The notes beneath the pieces are model-generated. The model was given only the letters and a program-made list of their open reading frames with translations, was not told the DNA's origin and made no database searches. The position numbers and the translations under genes are program-made. This document shows positions 23,821-37,151 of a DNA stretch of 64,000 nt, in pieces. The number at the start of each line of letters is the position of its first letter. Within the stretch, counting starts at the first letter, position 1. The stretch is from Malacoraja senta (Eukaryota), in the NCBI GenBank assembly GCA_038087875.1, contig CM076000.1, forward strand, positions 682,001 to 746,000. The letters run 5' to 3'.

Positions 23821-25477
23821 GAAGAGCATAAATCCAGGTTAGTCGGGAAGTGGTGTTGGGTAAATTGAATGGATTAAAGGCCGATAAATCACCAGGGCCA
23901 GATAGGCTGCATCCCAGAGTACTTAAGGAAGTAGCTCCAGAAATAGTGGATGCATTAGTGATAATTTTTCAAAACTCTTTAGATTCTGGAGTAGTTCCTG
24001 AGGATTGGAGGGTAGCAAACGTAACCCCACTTTTTAAGAAGGGAGGGAGAGAGAAAACGGGGAATTACAGACCAGTTAGTCTAACATCGGTAGTGGGGAA
24101 ACTGCTAGAGTCAGTTATCAAAGATGGGATAGCAGCACATTTGGAAAGTGGTGAAATCATTGGACAAAGTCAGCATGGATTTACGAAAGGTAAATCATGT
24201 CTGACGAATCTTATAGAATTTTTCGAGGATGTAACTAGTAGAGTGGATAGGGGAGAACCAGTGAATGTGTTGTATCTGGACTTTCAGAAGGCTTTCGACA
24301 AGGTCCCACATAAGAGATTAGTATACAAACCTAAAGCACACGGTATTGGGGGTTCAGTATTGATGTGGATAGAGAACTGGCTGGCAAACAGGAAGCAAAG
24401 AGTAGGAGTAAACGGGTCCTTTTCACAATGGCAGGCAGTGACTAGTGGGGTACCGCAAGGCTCAGTGCTGGGACCCCAGCTATTTACAATTTATATTAAT
24501 GACCTGGATGAGAGAATTGAAGGCAACATCTCCAAGTTTGCGGATGACACTAAGCTGGGGGGCAGTGTTAGCTGTGAGGAGGATGCTAGGAGACTGCAAG
24601 GTGACTTGGATAGGCTGGGTGAATGGGCAAATGTTTGGCAGATGCAGTATAATGTGGATAAATGTGAGGTTATCCACTTTGGTGGCAAAAACAGGAAAGC
24701 AGACTATTATCTAAATGGTGGCCGATTAGGAAAAGGGGAGACGCAGCAAGACCTGGGTGTCATGGTACACCAGTCATTGAAAGTAGGCATGCAGGTGCAG
24801 CAGGCAGTGAAGAAAGCGAATGGTATGTTAGCTTTCATAGCAAAACGATTTGAGTATAGGAGCAGGGAGGTTCTACTGCAGTTGTACAGGGTCTTGGTGA
24901 GACCACACCTGGAGTATTGCGTACAGTTTTGGTCTCCAAATCTGAGGAAGGACATTATAGCCATAGAGGGAGTGCAGAGAAGGTTCACCAGACTGATTCC
25001 TGGGATGTCAGGACTTTCATATGAGGAAAGACTGGATAGACTTGGCTTATACTCGCTAGAATTTAGGAGATTGAGAGGGGATCTTATAGAAACGTACAAA
25101 ATTCTTATAGGGTTGGACAGGCTAGATGCAGGAAGATTGTTCCCGATGTTGGGGAAGTCCAGGACAAGGGGTCACAGCTTAAGGATAAGGGGGAAATCCT
25201 TTAAGACCGAGATGAGAAAAAACGTTTTCACACAGAGAGTGGTGAATCTCTGGAACTCTCTGCCACAGAGGGTAGTTGAGGCCAGTTCATTGGCTATATT
25301 TAAGTGGGAGTTAGATGTGGCCCTTGTGGCTAAAGGGATCAGGGGGTATGGAGAGAAGGCAGGTACGGGATACTGAGTTGGATGATCAGCCATGATCATA
25401 TTGAATGGTGGTGCAGGCTCGAAGGGCCGAATGGCCTACTCCTGCACCTATTTTCTATGTATCTATGTATCTATAAC
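23821..25477 (+). mobile_element. Young 5'-truncated CR1 LINE with an uninterrupted RT ORF (23850-25376, 508 aa)
   Basis: Full RT motif set, KFADD; (TCTATGTA)n tail. Confidence 0.93.
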
Positions 25478-26051
25478 TGATGCCATTACCGGTTTTTCGG
25501 TCAAATCTAGTTTTCTGTTGCTACAGATTCATTGCGCTTCACCTTTGGCTTTGCTAAGCTTTGAATCAAAGTGCACGAGATTAGCAAAACAATTCTGCTG
25601 TTAACTTTGCCTGTTCATGTTTTTGGTTTTACCTTGTAGTTTGGCCAGGTGTCTAAGGTATCATCACTGGTTGGTGAGCATTCAGAAAATATACCTGGTT
25701 GTCTTTTTCAGCACAGTTGAGGGAGAGCATTCAGCAATCTAGCACATCCTTCCATAGACACTACAGTAAACACTTGTTTTAACAGACCTCTTTATAACGT
25801 ATTTTGGTTATAGCCGAGAGACCTCCACCCCCTTCCAGGACGGGCTGTCTACACTGGCATGCATTGCTATTCCGGCCTGCACTGCCTCCTCAGCAGCTTC
25901 CAGGCTGCGCTGCCTCCGTCACCACCACCTCCGGCCCTTACCTGCACTCCGGCTGGGCCGCGACCAACGACTCAGCTGATCCTCGCCTCTCCCCTGACCG
26001 CCAGCAGGCTGGTCCTGTCAACTCACCTGGGTTCCAAGCCCAGTTCTGGAC

Positions 26052-26175
26052 CAAGAGTCTCGACCCGAAATGTCACCTATCCATGTTCTCCAGAGATGCT
26101 GCCTGACTTGCTGAGTTACTCCAGCACTTTGTGTCATTTGTGTATTAGCCAGCATCTGTAGTTGTTTGTTTCTAC
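26052..26175 (+). mobile_element. Penelope-derived terminal fragment
   Basis: GTCTCGACCCGAAATGTCACC...GATGCTGCCTGAC...GAGTTACTCCAGCA. Confidence 0.75.
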
Positions 26176-27071
26176 TATTTACGCAATGATACTACTGTAT
26201 TATAGCAGTCAATTGGCAATAATGGACACCATTTAGGAAGGAGATGAGGAGAAATTTCTTTAGTCAGAGGATGTTGAATCTGTGGAATTCTTTGCCACAG
26301 AAGGCTGTGGAGGCCAAGTCAGTGGATATTTTTAATACAATGTCACTGTGTTCTTCAACATAGACTCATACAAGGCAATGCCTATATTAAAAAAATATAG
26401 GCAATGCCTATATTTACATTGCCTAAATATAGGTACAGTAGGAATTTACCTCTGGACTTTATGTACTGTGGAACATTTAATACTTCAGTCCCATGCGCTT
26501 GTGTTAGTCATTTGGAATATGCCTGTGGGCAAAAAAATATCTTACTTGGACTTTAACAGGTGCATCAGTACGAAAAAACTTCACTCTTAAACTTGCAAAC
26601 CAAAACAAGTATATAGTAAGCTGCACCTTTTACCATCTTTAGTCTATTCTTAGCCTTTCAATTAAATAATGCCTTTCAAGGTTCAACATCCCCACACACC
26701 TTATTGTTAATTTATTTATTTTATGAGATTAAAATAATTTTGTATTCTGGAGGTGCACAAAATAACAATGACAAGCAATGAATTTTGATAAATTTGGTTT
26801 GAAAGATGGCAGAAAATTGATGCAATTGCTAGAAAAGTGTATGCAATCCTGCTAATTATAAAAGGAGCACAAAAACAAAGAGATTATGTTAAACGTTTTA
26901 TTTTACTGGATAAAGTCTCACGATTAGCTTGTTGATAATTCTTTAAAACCTTTTAAATCCTTCTCACCACTCATACTGTATTAACACTTCACTTGTCATC
27001 ATCAGACTAGGACATTGTATATTTGGTTTTTGCAAGCAAATAGTTGATACAAATTGTGAATGGATTGTTTT

Positions 27072-27365
27072 TTAGTTTAGAGATACAGCGTGGAAACTGG
27101 CCCTTTGGCCCACTGAGTCCGCATCGACCATTGATCCCCGCACATTAACACTATTCTACACACACTAGAAACAATTTGCAATTTTACCAAGCCAATTAAC
27201 CTATAAAGCTGTACGTCTTCGGAGTGTGGGAGGAAACCGGAGCACCCGGAGAAAATCCACCCGATCACAAGGAGAAAGTACAAACTCCGTACAGACAACA
27301 CCCGTAGTCGGGATCGAACCCGGTCTCTGGCGCTGTAAGGCAGCAACTCTACCACTGCACCACCC
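27072..27365 (-). mobile_element. HE1-type SINE, full length
   Basis: Minus strand: A-box-like GGTGCAGTGG, B-box GGTTCGATCC, body, CR1-like tail. Confidence 0.88.
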
Positions 27366-29152
27366 AATATACTGGTTTACTGATCCCTGCCATAGTTATA
27401 ACATGTCAACCTGAGAGAGATAATTTTGCTCCTACTATCTCTCTTAGTCAATACTCAATCCATAGTAGTATATTACCCAAATTTACCTGTGCTCTAATCT
27501 TTTAGCTGTTATTCTTATTTGGTGAAAATGTTAAGCAAGTTGGAGAGGTGAACAGTTGCTGAAGGAGTGCTTTGGAAAAGGGTTTACAGTTTAAAAAAAA
27601 AAGTAGATTAATCTGGGGTTGCAGTAAAAAAAAATAGGTCCTTCAGGAGTGTTGTTAAATTGCAAATGTTGGTAGACTTTTGTAATACTCTTCTGCATAT
27701 TGCATTTTCCACAAGGCTTATTTGTTATCTTCATGAAAACTACAAAATCTGAACATTTGGTCTCTGGGTATATTGGTATTGAATGTATGTAAATTGAAAG
27801 CATGCAATGGTCAAAAAAAACATGTTGGTGACCAAAGAACAGGTTCTTTGTTGTTTGTAGCAGAATAAACTGGGAAGTACTTCGCATGCAATAAAAAGTA
27901 TATGTAGACACTAGGAACTGTAGATGCTGAAATCTTGCATCAGGACCCACTGATTACCCAAGCACTTTATGTTCTAAACAAAAAGTATATGATGGATCAC
28001 TTCCCCTGTACAAAAATCTCTACAGGAAGATTTTGTATTTTGATTAGTTAATTTATATTATTCTCAACTGCTATTGAACTCTTTATTCCTAAACATAAAC
28101 ACTTTACAATACCTTGTGTAAATCAAAGTATTATAGCATCCTTAATTCAAACAATTGTAGCATCCTGAGATCAAAGTATTGTAACATTCTGATTCCTGCT
28201 TTCAACCTCTTACGTGAAGGAGTTTTGACTCTCAGAAATGTTAATCCCCTCGTTCAAGTCTCAAGTATTCTCTTTATTGTTAATCTTAGTTTGTTTGTAG
28301 AGGTTAGCACAGATACGCATAGTTAGCATAGAGTAGAACTAGACCATCCTTGCTGCCTAACTTGAATAAAATAAACAATAATACATTGCAGATTTTTTTT
28401 TGAGTTTTGTGAAGTTAAAAAAACCCACAAGTAAGTTTAAATTGACCATTTTGATTAGTAATCTAGAGTATTAAAGGAAACCAGTTCTCTAATAGGAATC
28501 GTCTATCATATTCATTAAGAATGCTACATGCAGCTAAGATAAAACTCAACCTAAACTAGAATGTATTTAAGATCATGAAAAGACACACATTTGGTCTTTA
28601 GATTGTTCAGACATAATTTAATCCCTAATTAAATAGTTGCACATTTTCAATGTGTTCAAATTTCTCCTATTCTCTTTTGATGGTGATGAACAAAATAACA
28701 CAAATGAAATGCACAAAAATAAATTCAGTGATTGCACTGTTGAATGGTAGTTTGACTTTAATGTCGATAATGGGAATTGTCTTTTGGAATAGGTTCTATG
28801 AAATGTATGTAAATTAAATTACATCATCTATATTCTAATTAAAAATGTTATATATTTAAATTTTAATTTTAAAGACAATTAATGGTTATGATCTGTTAAT
28901 ATGAAACTATTATCAATAAGAATAGTAAAGTTAAGAGAATAGTAAAGAGAATATTGCTCTAAGACATTTCATTTCAAAGCAATCTCGTCTAGCCTTAGGG
29001 AATTGGTTAGGATATGTTTGAAATATGGTTTAATTTCATAATTGTGTTCAAAAGTAGATATTGATCCTTTCATGAAGACAGAAAAAAGTTGAATAAATGA
29101 CCAAGACATTTGAACTAGAGATGACACAAGCATCTTTCATTTGTGCAGTGTG

Positions 29153-29155
<3 letters not shown>

Positions 29156-29190
<35 letters not shown>
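29156..29190 (+). repeat. (CA)n microsatellite, followed by short TAGTATGTATA repeats
   Basis: Seen directly. Confidence 0.95.
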
Positions 29191-29193
<3 letters not shown>

Positions 29194-29287
29194 TATGTAT
29201 ATTATAGTATGTATACATATAGTATGTATATTATAGTAAAATAAATACTGAGAGATACTTTAATACACTAGATATTAGTACACTAGA

Positions 29288-29800
29288 TATGTTAGCATTC
29301 ATAGCAAAAGGATTTGAGTTTAGGAGCAGATTCCTGGGATGTCAGGACTTTCATATGAAGAAAGACTGGATAGACTCGGCTTGTACTCGCTAGAATTTAG
29401 AAGATTGAGGGGGGATCTTATAGAAACTTACAAAATTCTTAAGGGGTTGGACAGGCTAGATGCAGGAAGATTGTTCCCGATGTTGGGGATGTCCAGAACA
29501 AGGGGTCACAGTTTAAGGATAAGGGGGAAGTCTTTTAGGACCGAGATGAGAAAAACATTTTTCACACAGAGAGTGGTGAATCTCTGGAATTCTCTGCCAC
29601 AGAAGGTAGTTGAGGCCAGTTCATTGGCTATATTTAAGAGGGAGTTAGATGTGGCCCTTGTGGCTAAAGGGATCAGCGGGTATGGAGAGAAGGCAGGTAC
29701 AGGATACTGAGTTGGATGATCAGCCATGAACATATTGAATGGCGGTGCAGGCTCGAAGGGGCGAATGGCCTACTCCTGCACCCATTTTTGTATGTTTCTA
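29288..29800 (+). mobile_element. CR1 3' fragment with an internal deletion; same subfamily as the 23821 copy
   Basis: Near-identical GMSGLSYEERLDRLG...GYGEKAGTGY. Confidence 0.92.
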
Positions 29801-30626
29801 TAAATACACAAGGAACTGTGTAGGAAAGGCACAATTAAAAGTGTTAGATGAGATTCCCAGGATTTACATGCCTTGGAAAACAATGGTTTTAACGAATCTA
29901 AATTTAGATAGAGTTGTTGTAAATATTAAATAGTCCATGTTTCTATCATTCATAGATAAATGCAATTATATTGTCTAGACAAGGTAAGCAACCTCTGATA
30001 AAAACCTAGGGATAAATTGTGGCTACAGGCATTATCTTTTTTTTCAGTTCCTAATCTAGTTAAACGACTTGTAAGCATGTGTCCTAGAACAGATATCACA
30101 TTGAATTAGCATCTGAAAGGGAACTGACAGACATACCTTGATTATGACATTTCATGAGAACTGTTGCATGTCACTTTTATGCCTTTTACAAATGAGGTGA
30201 GAGAAGCTGACTTTGTGGATTAAATTTGGCCGAATCAAGCATAGCCCTTGATCCCATCAGCAGCTACAACCACAAAAATGTGAATTTAGAGTTCTAGCAT
30301 CATGTAAAATAATGTAAAAATAGCAACCTGGTTCTGTGCTTTTGCTTTCTGTGGTACTGAGTGATAGTGGATTTGCAAACTTTTTCAGAGAAGTCAGATG
30401 TAACAATGAGAGACAAGGGCACTGATGACACCACTAAAAACGAGTGCAAATATAGAATCCCCTTTATACAGAGGAAACAAAGCCGGGATGGGAAGAACAA
30501 CAGATGAATATTAAGGCTACATGTGGTGTTGTTTGAGGCTCAATATCATTTGTTTTTGTGCAGACTTTATGTCTACTAATCATCTTTTGTACCATCTTTG
30601 TTGAATTATAATATTTTGTATTACAG

Positions 30627-30734
30627 ATCAGCCGACAATCCATTGATGCCTTGAAAAATTGGTTCAGAGATGAGATGCAGAAGTCCGATTGGCAGCTCAT
30701 CATGGAACTGAAGAAAACATTTGAAATTATCTAA
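30627..30734 (+). CDS. EIF5B: EIF5B last coding exon (ISRQSIDALKNWFRDEMQKSDWQLIMELKKTFEII*)
   Basis: tacag acceptor; TAA stop; matches the eIF5B C-terminus. Confidence 0.97.
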   Translation: MSRQSIDALKNWFRDEMQKSDWQLIMELKKTFEII

Positions 30735-31077
30735 TGCAGTTTGTTTTCATTTCCAAACTTCAGCAAAGGGAGGATGGAGTGAGATTTAAGGTCTCTGCTT
30801 AAACAAGACTTTGTAATAAGCCATGCTGGAGTGCTGTAGAGCCAGAATCCAGAGTAAAACGTGGTTATAACTAGTAAACGTTTTCCATGACAAACCAAAA
30901 CATTTACACTGGTTTGACAGTGATCAGTTTTACATATTCTGACAATTCTCAAGGTGCCTGGTTATTTTTCCTGCCCGCCCTTATCTTCAGGACTGGTTGC
31001 TGTTTTTAAATCTTCCCTTTCATTACATGGAACTTGAAAGCAGTGCTCCCCAATCATTTTAACTGTGTGAAATAATG

Positions 31078-32024
31078 AATAAAAAGCATTTGAATCCTGT
31101 GAGCTACAGTGCAGAAGCAGTGTACAGCCTTTTTGACAAGTAATTTTGGATCTAGGGAGATTTTCTCTAATCCAATTATTCCTTTTCTCAGTCACTTCAT
31201 TACACATACTCTGCTTTTGTGCCTATGAACTTTTATAGAGAATTAGGTAATAGAATTCCACCTGCATTGTGAAAAAAACATAGAGCAGCCTTTTATTGTT
31301 TGTACAGCTGATGGTTGTGTGACCCAGACTGTAAACTTTCAAAGCTGAAATCACAAATAAAGCTGAAAATGATGACATTTGTATTTTTGATAATGTATCA
31401 TTCTAAAACCAATGGTAATTGATGGGTAGGTGGAAGCTAATTGTTGATAAAACAGAAAGCCCAGAATGGCTGGCCAAATTTGTGCACAGGAAACAAAGCA
31501 TTGTGCTTCACAGTACAACAATGGCTGCATGTGTTGCTGTTATTTGAAAGGTTTCATTGCACATAACTCCCAACACCACTTTCCACCTTCCTGGAAAGGT
31601 GTTAACCTCATTGTTCTTTGAGCAACAGCTATCCTCTGATACTTCTCTCAGTTGCTATTCATTTTGTATGAGACCAATGTGCATGGTTTTGGGGTACAGT
31701 CACAGTTGAGTGTAATTCAATTTTCATGTCAATGGAACTGAATTCCCAACTGCGGGGTAGTGGTTATGTGGGGAAGTTGAAAGACAGACTGAAAGCAGCT
31801 GAAACCAATTGTTTTTAGTATTTGAACATGGCTCAAAATATTGGTACATAGATTAACTTAGGCTAGATGTAGGGAATAGTAAAAATGTGAGATCTAGATA
31901 GATTCCATTTGCCATTATTACTACATGCACATGTTTTTAGATTTCTCTTCATTCTTTATCAAGTTTGAAAAATGCTTTGTGTACATTTGTTCAAATGGTA
32001 GTAAGCTTGTTTATATGAAATAAA
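31078..32024 (+). terminator. Candidate EIF5B polyadenylation signals (AATAAA at 31078, 31356 and 32019)
   Basis: Canonical hexamers downstream of the stop; which one is used cannot be read from sequence. Confidence 0.5.
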
Positions 32025-32294
32025 ACAAGAATGATTAGTTGCCCAAAGCTCTCATTGTCATAACATTTTCATGATCCTGGGATTTTAGATGATTCATTAT
32101 TAAATGATAAGCACGTTGACTTTTGGAATATTAAATAGAAAATGATTATGCTGACATTAATTATTAATTGTTAACTGGAACTTTCATTGTTTTATGACTC
32201 TTCAACATTCCATCCTAATTTATCATGTTTTCTGCTCTCAATTCTTCTATCATTTCCATCCATAAGTTTTTTAGTTTTATCCAAAAATAAATCC

Positions 32295-34490
32295 TTGCAT
32301 TTGGGAAGTCCAACAAGGGCAGGACCTACACGGTGAATGGTAGGAGTCTCGGGTGTTGCAGAGCAGAGGGATCTAAGAGTGCAAGTACATAGTTCCTTGA
32401 AAGTGGCATCAGAGGTAGAGAGGTTGAGATGCAGAAGTCTATAAGAAGTCCAGATACGACCTTGACAAGGCCATCAAAAGGGACTTCTAAGCTGGACGAT
32501 GGGGCGGATGTTCGGCAACTGTGGCAGGGTCTGAATGCCATCACCTCCTACAAGGCAAAATCAAGGCAGTGCAAGCGACAGCGAAACATCACTCCCTGAA
32601 GAGCTCAATGCATTCTACACACGCTTTGATAGGGAGAGGCCGACGTCAGATCCATCAGCAGGGGGGTGAACCCTGCTGATTTCCATCTCAAGGGGTTATC
32701 CATGAATAAACTTGTTTCAAACCCTCGGAAAGTGCCTGGACCTGATACTATACCTGGTCGAGTTCTCAAAACCTGTGCAGAACAACTGGCTGGAGTTTTT
32801 GCGGACATTTTCAACCTCACTTCTGAGGTCTGAGGTTCCCACCTGCTTTAAGAGGGCATCAATAATACCGGTGCCCAAGAAGAGTAAGATGATGTGCCTC
32901 AACGACTATCGACCAGTGGCACTAACGTCCCTGGTGATGAAGTGCTTTGAGAGGTTGGTTATGGCGCATATCCTACTTCAACAAGAACCTCGACCCACTA
33001 GAGTTTGCCTACCATCACAAAAGGTAAACAGAGGATGCGATCTCACTGGCTCTCCACTCCGCATTGGACCACTTGGACAATAAAAACAAAACGTCAGGCT
33101 GCTGTTTATTGACTAGAGCTCGGCGTTCAATACCATCATCCCCTCCAAGTTGGTTACCAAGCTCACGGAACTGGGTCTCCACATCCCTCTGCAATTGGAT
33201 CCTCGACTTCCTCATCCACAGACCAGTCTCTTCGAATTGGCAGAAATCACCCTCATTAACAATCAGTACGGGAGCACCTCAAGGCTGCATGCTCAGCCCC
33301 CTGCTCGACTCGCTCTATACTCATGACTGTGTAGCCGGACATAGTGCGAACTCCATCGTCAAGTTCGCTGACGACACCACCATGGTGGGACGAATTACAG
33401 ATGGCGATGAGTCATAGTATAGAAGTGAGATCGACCGATTGACCAAACGGTGCCAGCACAACAACCTGGCTCTCAATATCAGCAAAACCAAAGAACTGAT
33501 TGTGGACTTTGGAAGAGGAAGGATGAGGACCCACAATCCTGTTTATATCAATGGGACGATGGTGGAGAGAGTCAAACACATCAGATTCCCGCGAGTGCAT
33601 ATTTCCGAAGATCTTTCCTGGACCCAGCACACTGATGCAATTATAAGGAAAGCACATCAGCGCCTCTACTTCCTGAGAAGATTACGAAGGTTCAGTATGT
33701 CAAAGAGGATTCTCTTGAACTTCTGCAGGTGCACAGTAGGGAGCATATTGACTGGTTGCATCATTGTCTGGTTCGGCAACTTGAACGTCCGGGAGCGGAA
33801 GACTACAAAAAGTTGTGAACACTGCCCAGTCCAGCACCGGTTCTGACCTCCCCACCATCAAAGGGATTTATCGGAGTCGCTGCCTCAAAAAGGCAGCCAA
33901 CATCATCAGAGACCTTCACCATCCTGGCCTCACACTCATTTCACCACTGCCATCGGGAAGAAGGTACAGGAGCTTGAAAACGGTAACATCCAGGCTCAGG
34001 AACAGCTGCTTCCTTTCAGCCATCAGGCTATTAAACACTACCTCATATAGGGTCTGAACTACAATGGACTATTATTATTATTGTTGCACATCATGCTGTT
34101 TGCATATTCTGTTGTGCTGCAGCAAGTGAGAATTTCATTGTTCTATCTAGGACATATGACAATAAAACACTCTTGACGATTAGACTTTTGACACATTGGC
34201 CATCAATCAGAGTATCGAGGTTGAGGTCGTGTTGCAGTTGTACAAGACATTGGTTAGACCACATTTAGAGTATTCTCTTTACTTTTGGTCACGTTATAGG
34301 AAAGATGTTGTCAAGCTGGAGAGGGTGCAAGGAAGATTTACGAAGAGGTTACCAGGACTCAAGGGCCTGAACTATAGGGTGCAATTGAGCAGGCTAGAAC
34401 TTTATTCCTTGAAGCACAGGAGGACAAGGGGTGATCTTATATACGTGTACAAAATCATGAGAGGAATAGATCGGGTAAATGCAGTCTCTT
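32295..34490 (+). mobile_element. Degenerate CR1 fragment (about 32295-32425 and 34185-34490) interrupted by a Rex1/Babar LINE
   Basis: LHLGKSNKGRTYTVNG before the insert; LQLYKTLVRPHLEY after it. Confidence 0.75.
32427..34177 (+). mobile_element. 5'-truncated Rex1/Babar-type LINE, same family as 2953-6130
   Basis: High nucleotide similarity across the RT and 3' UTR. Confidence 0.88.
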
Positions 34491-34554
34491 GCATGCAGGC
34501 ATGAGATTTCTCCGCGGATTTTGAAAATCGTTAAAAAAATCCGCCAGCAGTCTG

Positions 34555-35156
34555 TCTTGCTCCTTCTGTTTATTATGTCTGTCTTGAATGTTTGTTTTAA
34601 TGTCTCTCGGTATGTTTTATGTGGGGGGTCGGGGGGAATCTTTTTCAGTCACTTACCTCAACGGACATGCGATTTTTCTCGTGTCGCAGCTCCGCCCCCC
34701 ACTTTGCGGCCTACAACGTGAAGTGGTGCGGCCTTTCCTGGAGACTGGCCCGGAGCTTCAAGCCGCGGATGCGGTGCGGACTTACCATCGCGGAGCCTGG
34801 GATCTTTTGTCGAGGATCACCAGTGTTGGAGCTCCGATCGCGGGGCCTGTGGACTTTTAACCGTGAAGCAGCGGTCTCCGGTAAGAAGCGTAAGTGTTTG
34901 GATCATCCCGACGTGAGGGCTTGAACAGCGGACTGTCGGCAACGGCCCCGTTCAAAGGCCCCGACCATGGGTGAACAAAGGAGGAAGATGACAACTTTAT
35001 TATCTTCCATCACAGTGAGGAATGTTGATTCCACTGTGGTGGATGTTAAGCTATATTTTATGTGCAGCGTGTATTTTTGCTTTTTACTTTGTATGGTAAC
35101 TCAAATTTCACAGTACCTTAATTGGTACACGTGACAATGAAATTGAATCTTGAATC
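34555..35156 (+). mobile_element. GC-rich SINE-like retroelement with a LINE-type 3' tail
   Basis: Ends in hairpin GTACC-TTAATT-GGTAC, then GTGACAATGAAA and (TTGAATC)2; architecture resembles the Rex/Babar tails in this window. Confidence 0.5.
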
Positions 35157-35634
35157 TTTCCGCGAGACTGAGCCGCTGCGCCGATGGTTGAGTGCGTGGA
35201 AATCCGTGGAGTGGATTTTAGCGGAAAGTGTGTACACGGAATCGGGCCTAACGTCTGCATGCGCATCTGTACGGCTAGCTCTCAGCTCCGCACATGTAGA
35301 GTAGCGGTTTTCCTCTGTCCCCTAGGCCTATCGTACCGGGGTTGTGGCGGGGAGCAGTTACGTACACAACGCTCACACTGCATTCAAGAGTCTATGCCAT
35401 AGACACTACAAGTTTTTTTTTACCTGATTCAATCAGGTAAAATGTGCTATTGTAAGGTTTAATTAAAAAAACATTACAGTATAAATTGAGGGTAAACAAG
35501 CTAGGAAATTGTGTCATTTCAAGGTATAATTATCAAAAGATTATCAAGGTATAATTATCAAAAATTTCCTGTGTAAGGATACCTTTCTAATTAGAGTAAA
35601 CAAGCAAGGAACAGGTATCATGTTACAAGTAGGT

Positions 35635-36281
35635 AGACAAAAACGCTGGAGAAACTCAGCGGGTGAGGCAGCATCTATGGAGCGAAGGAATAGGTGACGT
35701 TTCGAGTTGAGACCATTCTTCAGGCTGATGCGGGGGTTGGGCGGGAAGGACACCTGCACCTCCTCCAACCTCATCTATTGCATCCGCTGCTCTAGGTGTC
35801 AACTGCTCTACATCGGTGAGACCAAGCGCAGGCTTGGCGATCGCTTCGCCCAACACCTCCGCACATTTCGCATTAACTCTCCCGGTGGCTCAGCACTTCA
35901 ACTCCCCCTCACATTCCGTATCAGACCTTTCTGTCCTGGGCCTCGTAATATACAGTGACAGAGTGAATCCCACTGCAAATTGGAGGAGCAGCACCTCATA
36001 TTTTGCTTGGGTAGTTTACACCCCAGCGGTATGAACATTGATTTCTCCAATTTCAGGTAGTCCTTGCTTTCTCCCTCCTTCCCCTCCCCTTCCCAGCCCT
36101 CCCACAGCCCACTGTCTCCGCCTCTTCCTTTCTTCTTCCCACCCCCACATCAGTCTGAAGAAGGGTCTTGACCCGAAATGTCACCTATTCCTTCGCTCCA
36201 TAGATGCTGCCTCACCCGCTGAGTTTCTCCAACATTTTTGTCCACCTTCGATTTTTCCAGCATCTGCAGTTCTTTCTTAAA
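35635..36281 (+). mobile_element. 5'-truncated Penelope-like element: GIY-YIG remnant, 3' pLTR and inverted 5' pLTR
   Basis: CTSSNLIYCIRCSRCQLLYIGETKRRLGDRFAQH; 16-bp TSD CATGTTACAAGTAGGT. Confidence 0.9.
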
Positions 36282-37151
36282 CATGTTACAAGTAGGTGTA
36301 GGTGTAATATAAAATATTTGCAATATGACTTAAATGTAAACAAGCAAGGTGTCATTTTAAGGTAAAATTTCTGTAAATTAATAAGTGACAACCAAGGAAA
36401 AAGTGTTATTTTAAGGTACAATAAAAGAAAATGACAGTATAAATTAAGGGTAAACAGGCAGGAAAACAGTCATTTCAAGGTACAATTATCAAATATTTTC
36501 TGCATAAAGTGGGTGCTTCCCCTTGGAACCGTACCCTGGACCCCCATCCCTCTTCTTCTTTTTTTCAGGTTTTTTCCTGTCGCATGCCTGTGTATGCTTA
36601 GAATTCAACTTAATGACATTGATTCATGAATGTATATGGTGTAGATCAAATGTTTTTATTCAACCTAAAGATTGGTCCAACTCACATGGGATGTTTGGTG
36701 AGGTGCAACATTGAGAAAAGTCTTGTGGTGATGACATAGCTTTGCTTGCCATTGGTCTTCACTGCAACTGGTGCTGTTGTTAACCTGTTAGTAGCATGGT
36801 TTGCGTCCTGCCATGTACAAAGCAGAAGGTGGAATGAATTTCTAAGTGGAGCAGAATTTGAGGGTGGTGCCCAACAGTTCCTTACTGATGGTTCAAATGT
36901 TTTGAGGTTGAAGGGAGTATTATAGTGCTGGAATTTTCTTGATCTTCACTGCATGACAATTCCAGGTCCATCTTGCCTCCACCCATTATGTAAACAGTTC
37001 TTCAGCCACTGGCAGACAGTGATTGAGGAGGATCCTGATGATAATTTCCCCTGCAGCAGACAAAGGGGAGACCTAACAGGCTTGGTTAAAAACTGGCCAA
37101 CATTCATTCAGACTAAAATAATGCAGTACACAACTGCAGGCGTGAGTGGAG

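Larger units (their letters stand above)
34496..36590. mobile_element. Non-autonomous hAT-like DNA transposon with two nested inserts
   Basis: TIRs CAGGCATG(A/C)GA; flanks TGCATG / TGTATG; internal degenerate tandem repeat. Confidence 0.6.

Noticed and set aside
25764..26348. Possible old Tigger-like MITE around the GC-rich block 25810-26050
   Set aside because: The left end TA-CAGTAAACAC is suggestive, but the right TIR is too degraded to support a call.
27290..27365. tRNA-like A/B boxes (also near 22085-22145)
   Set aside because: SINE heads; no complete cloverleaf.
35157..35400. CpG-rich block as a promoter of a hidden third gene or an snRNA
   Set aside because: Lies within TIR-bounded element 34496-36590; no recognisable RNA gene or downstream exon.
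25752..35410. Identical 14-mer CCATAGACACTACA at about 25752 and 35397
   Set aside because: Matches of this length are expected by chance in 64 kb, and the similarity does not extend.
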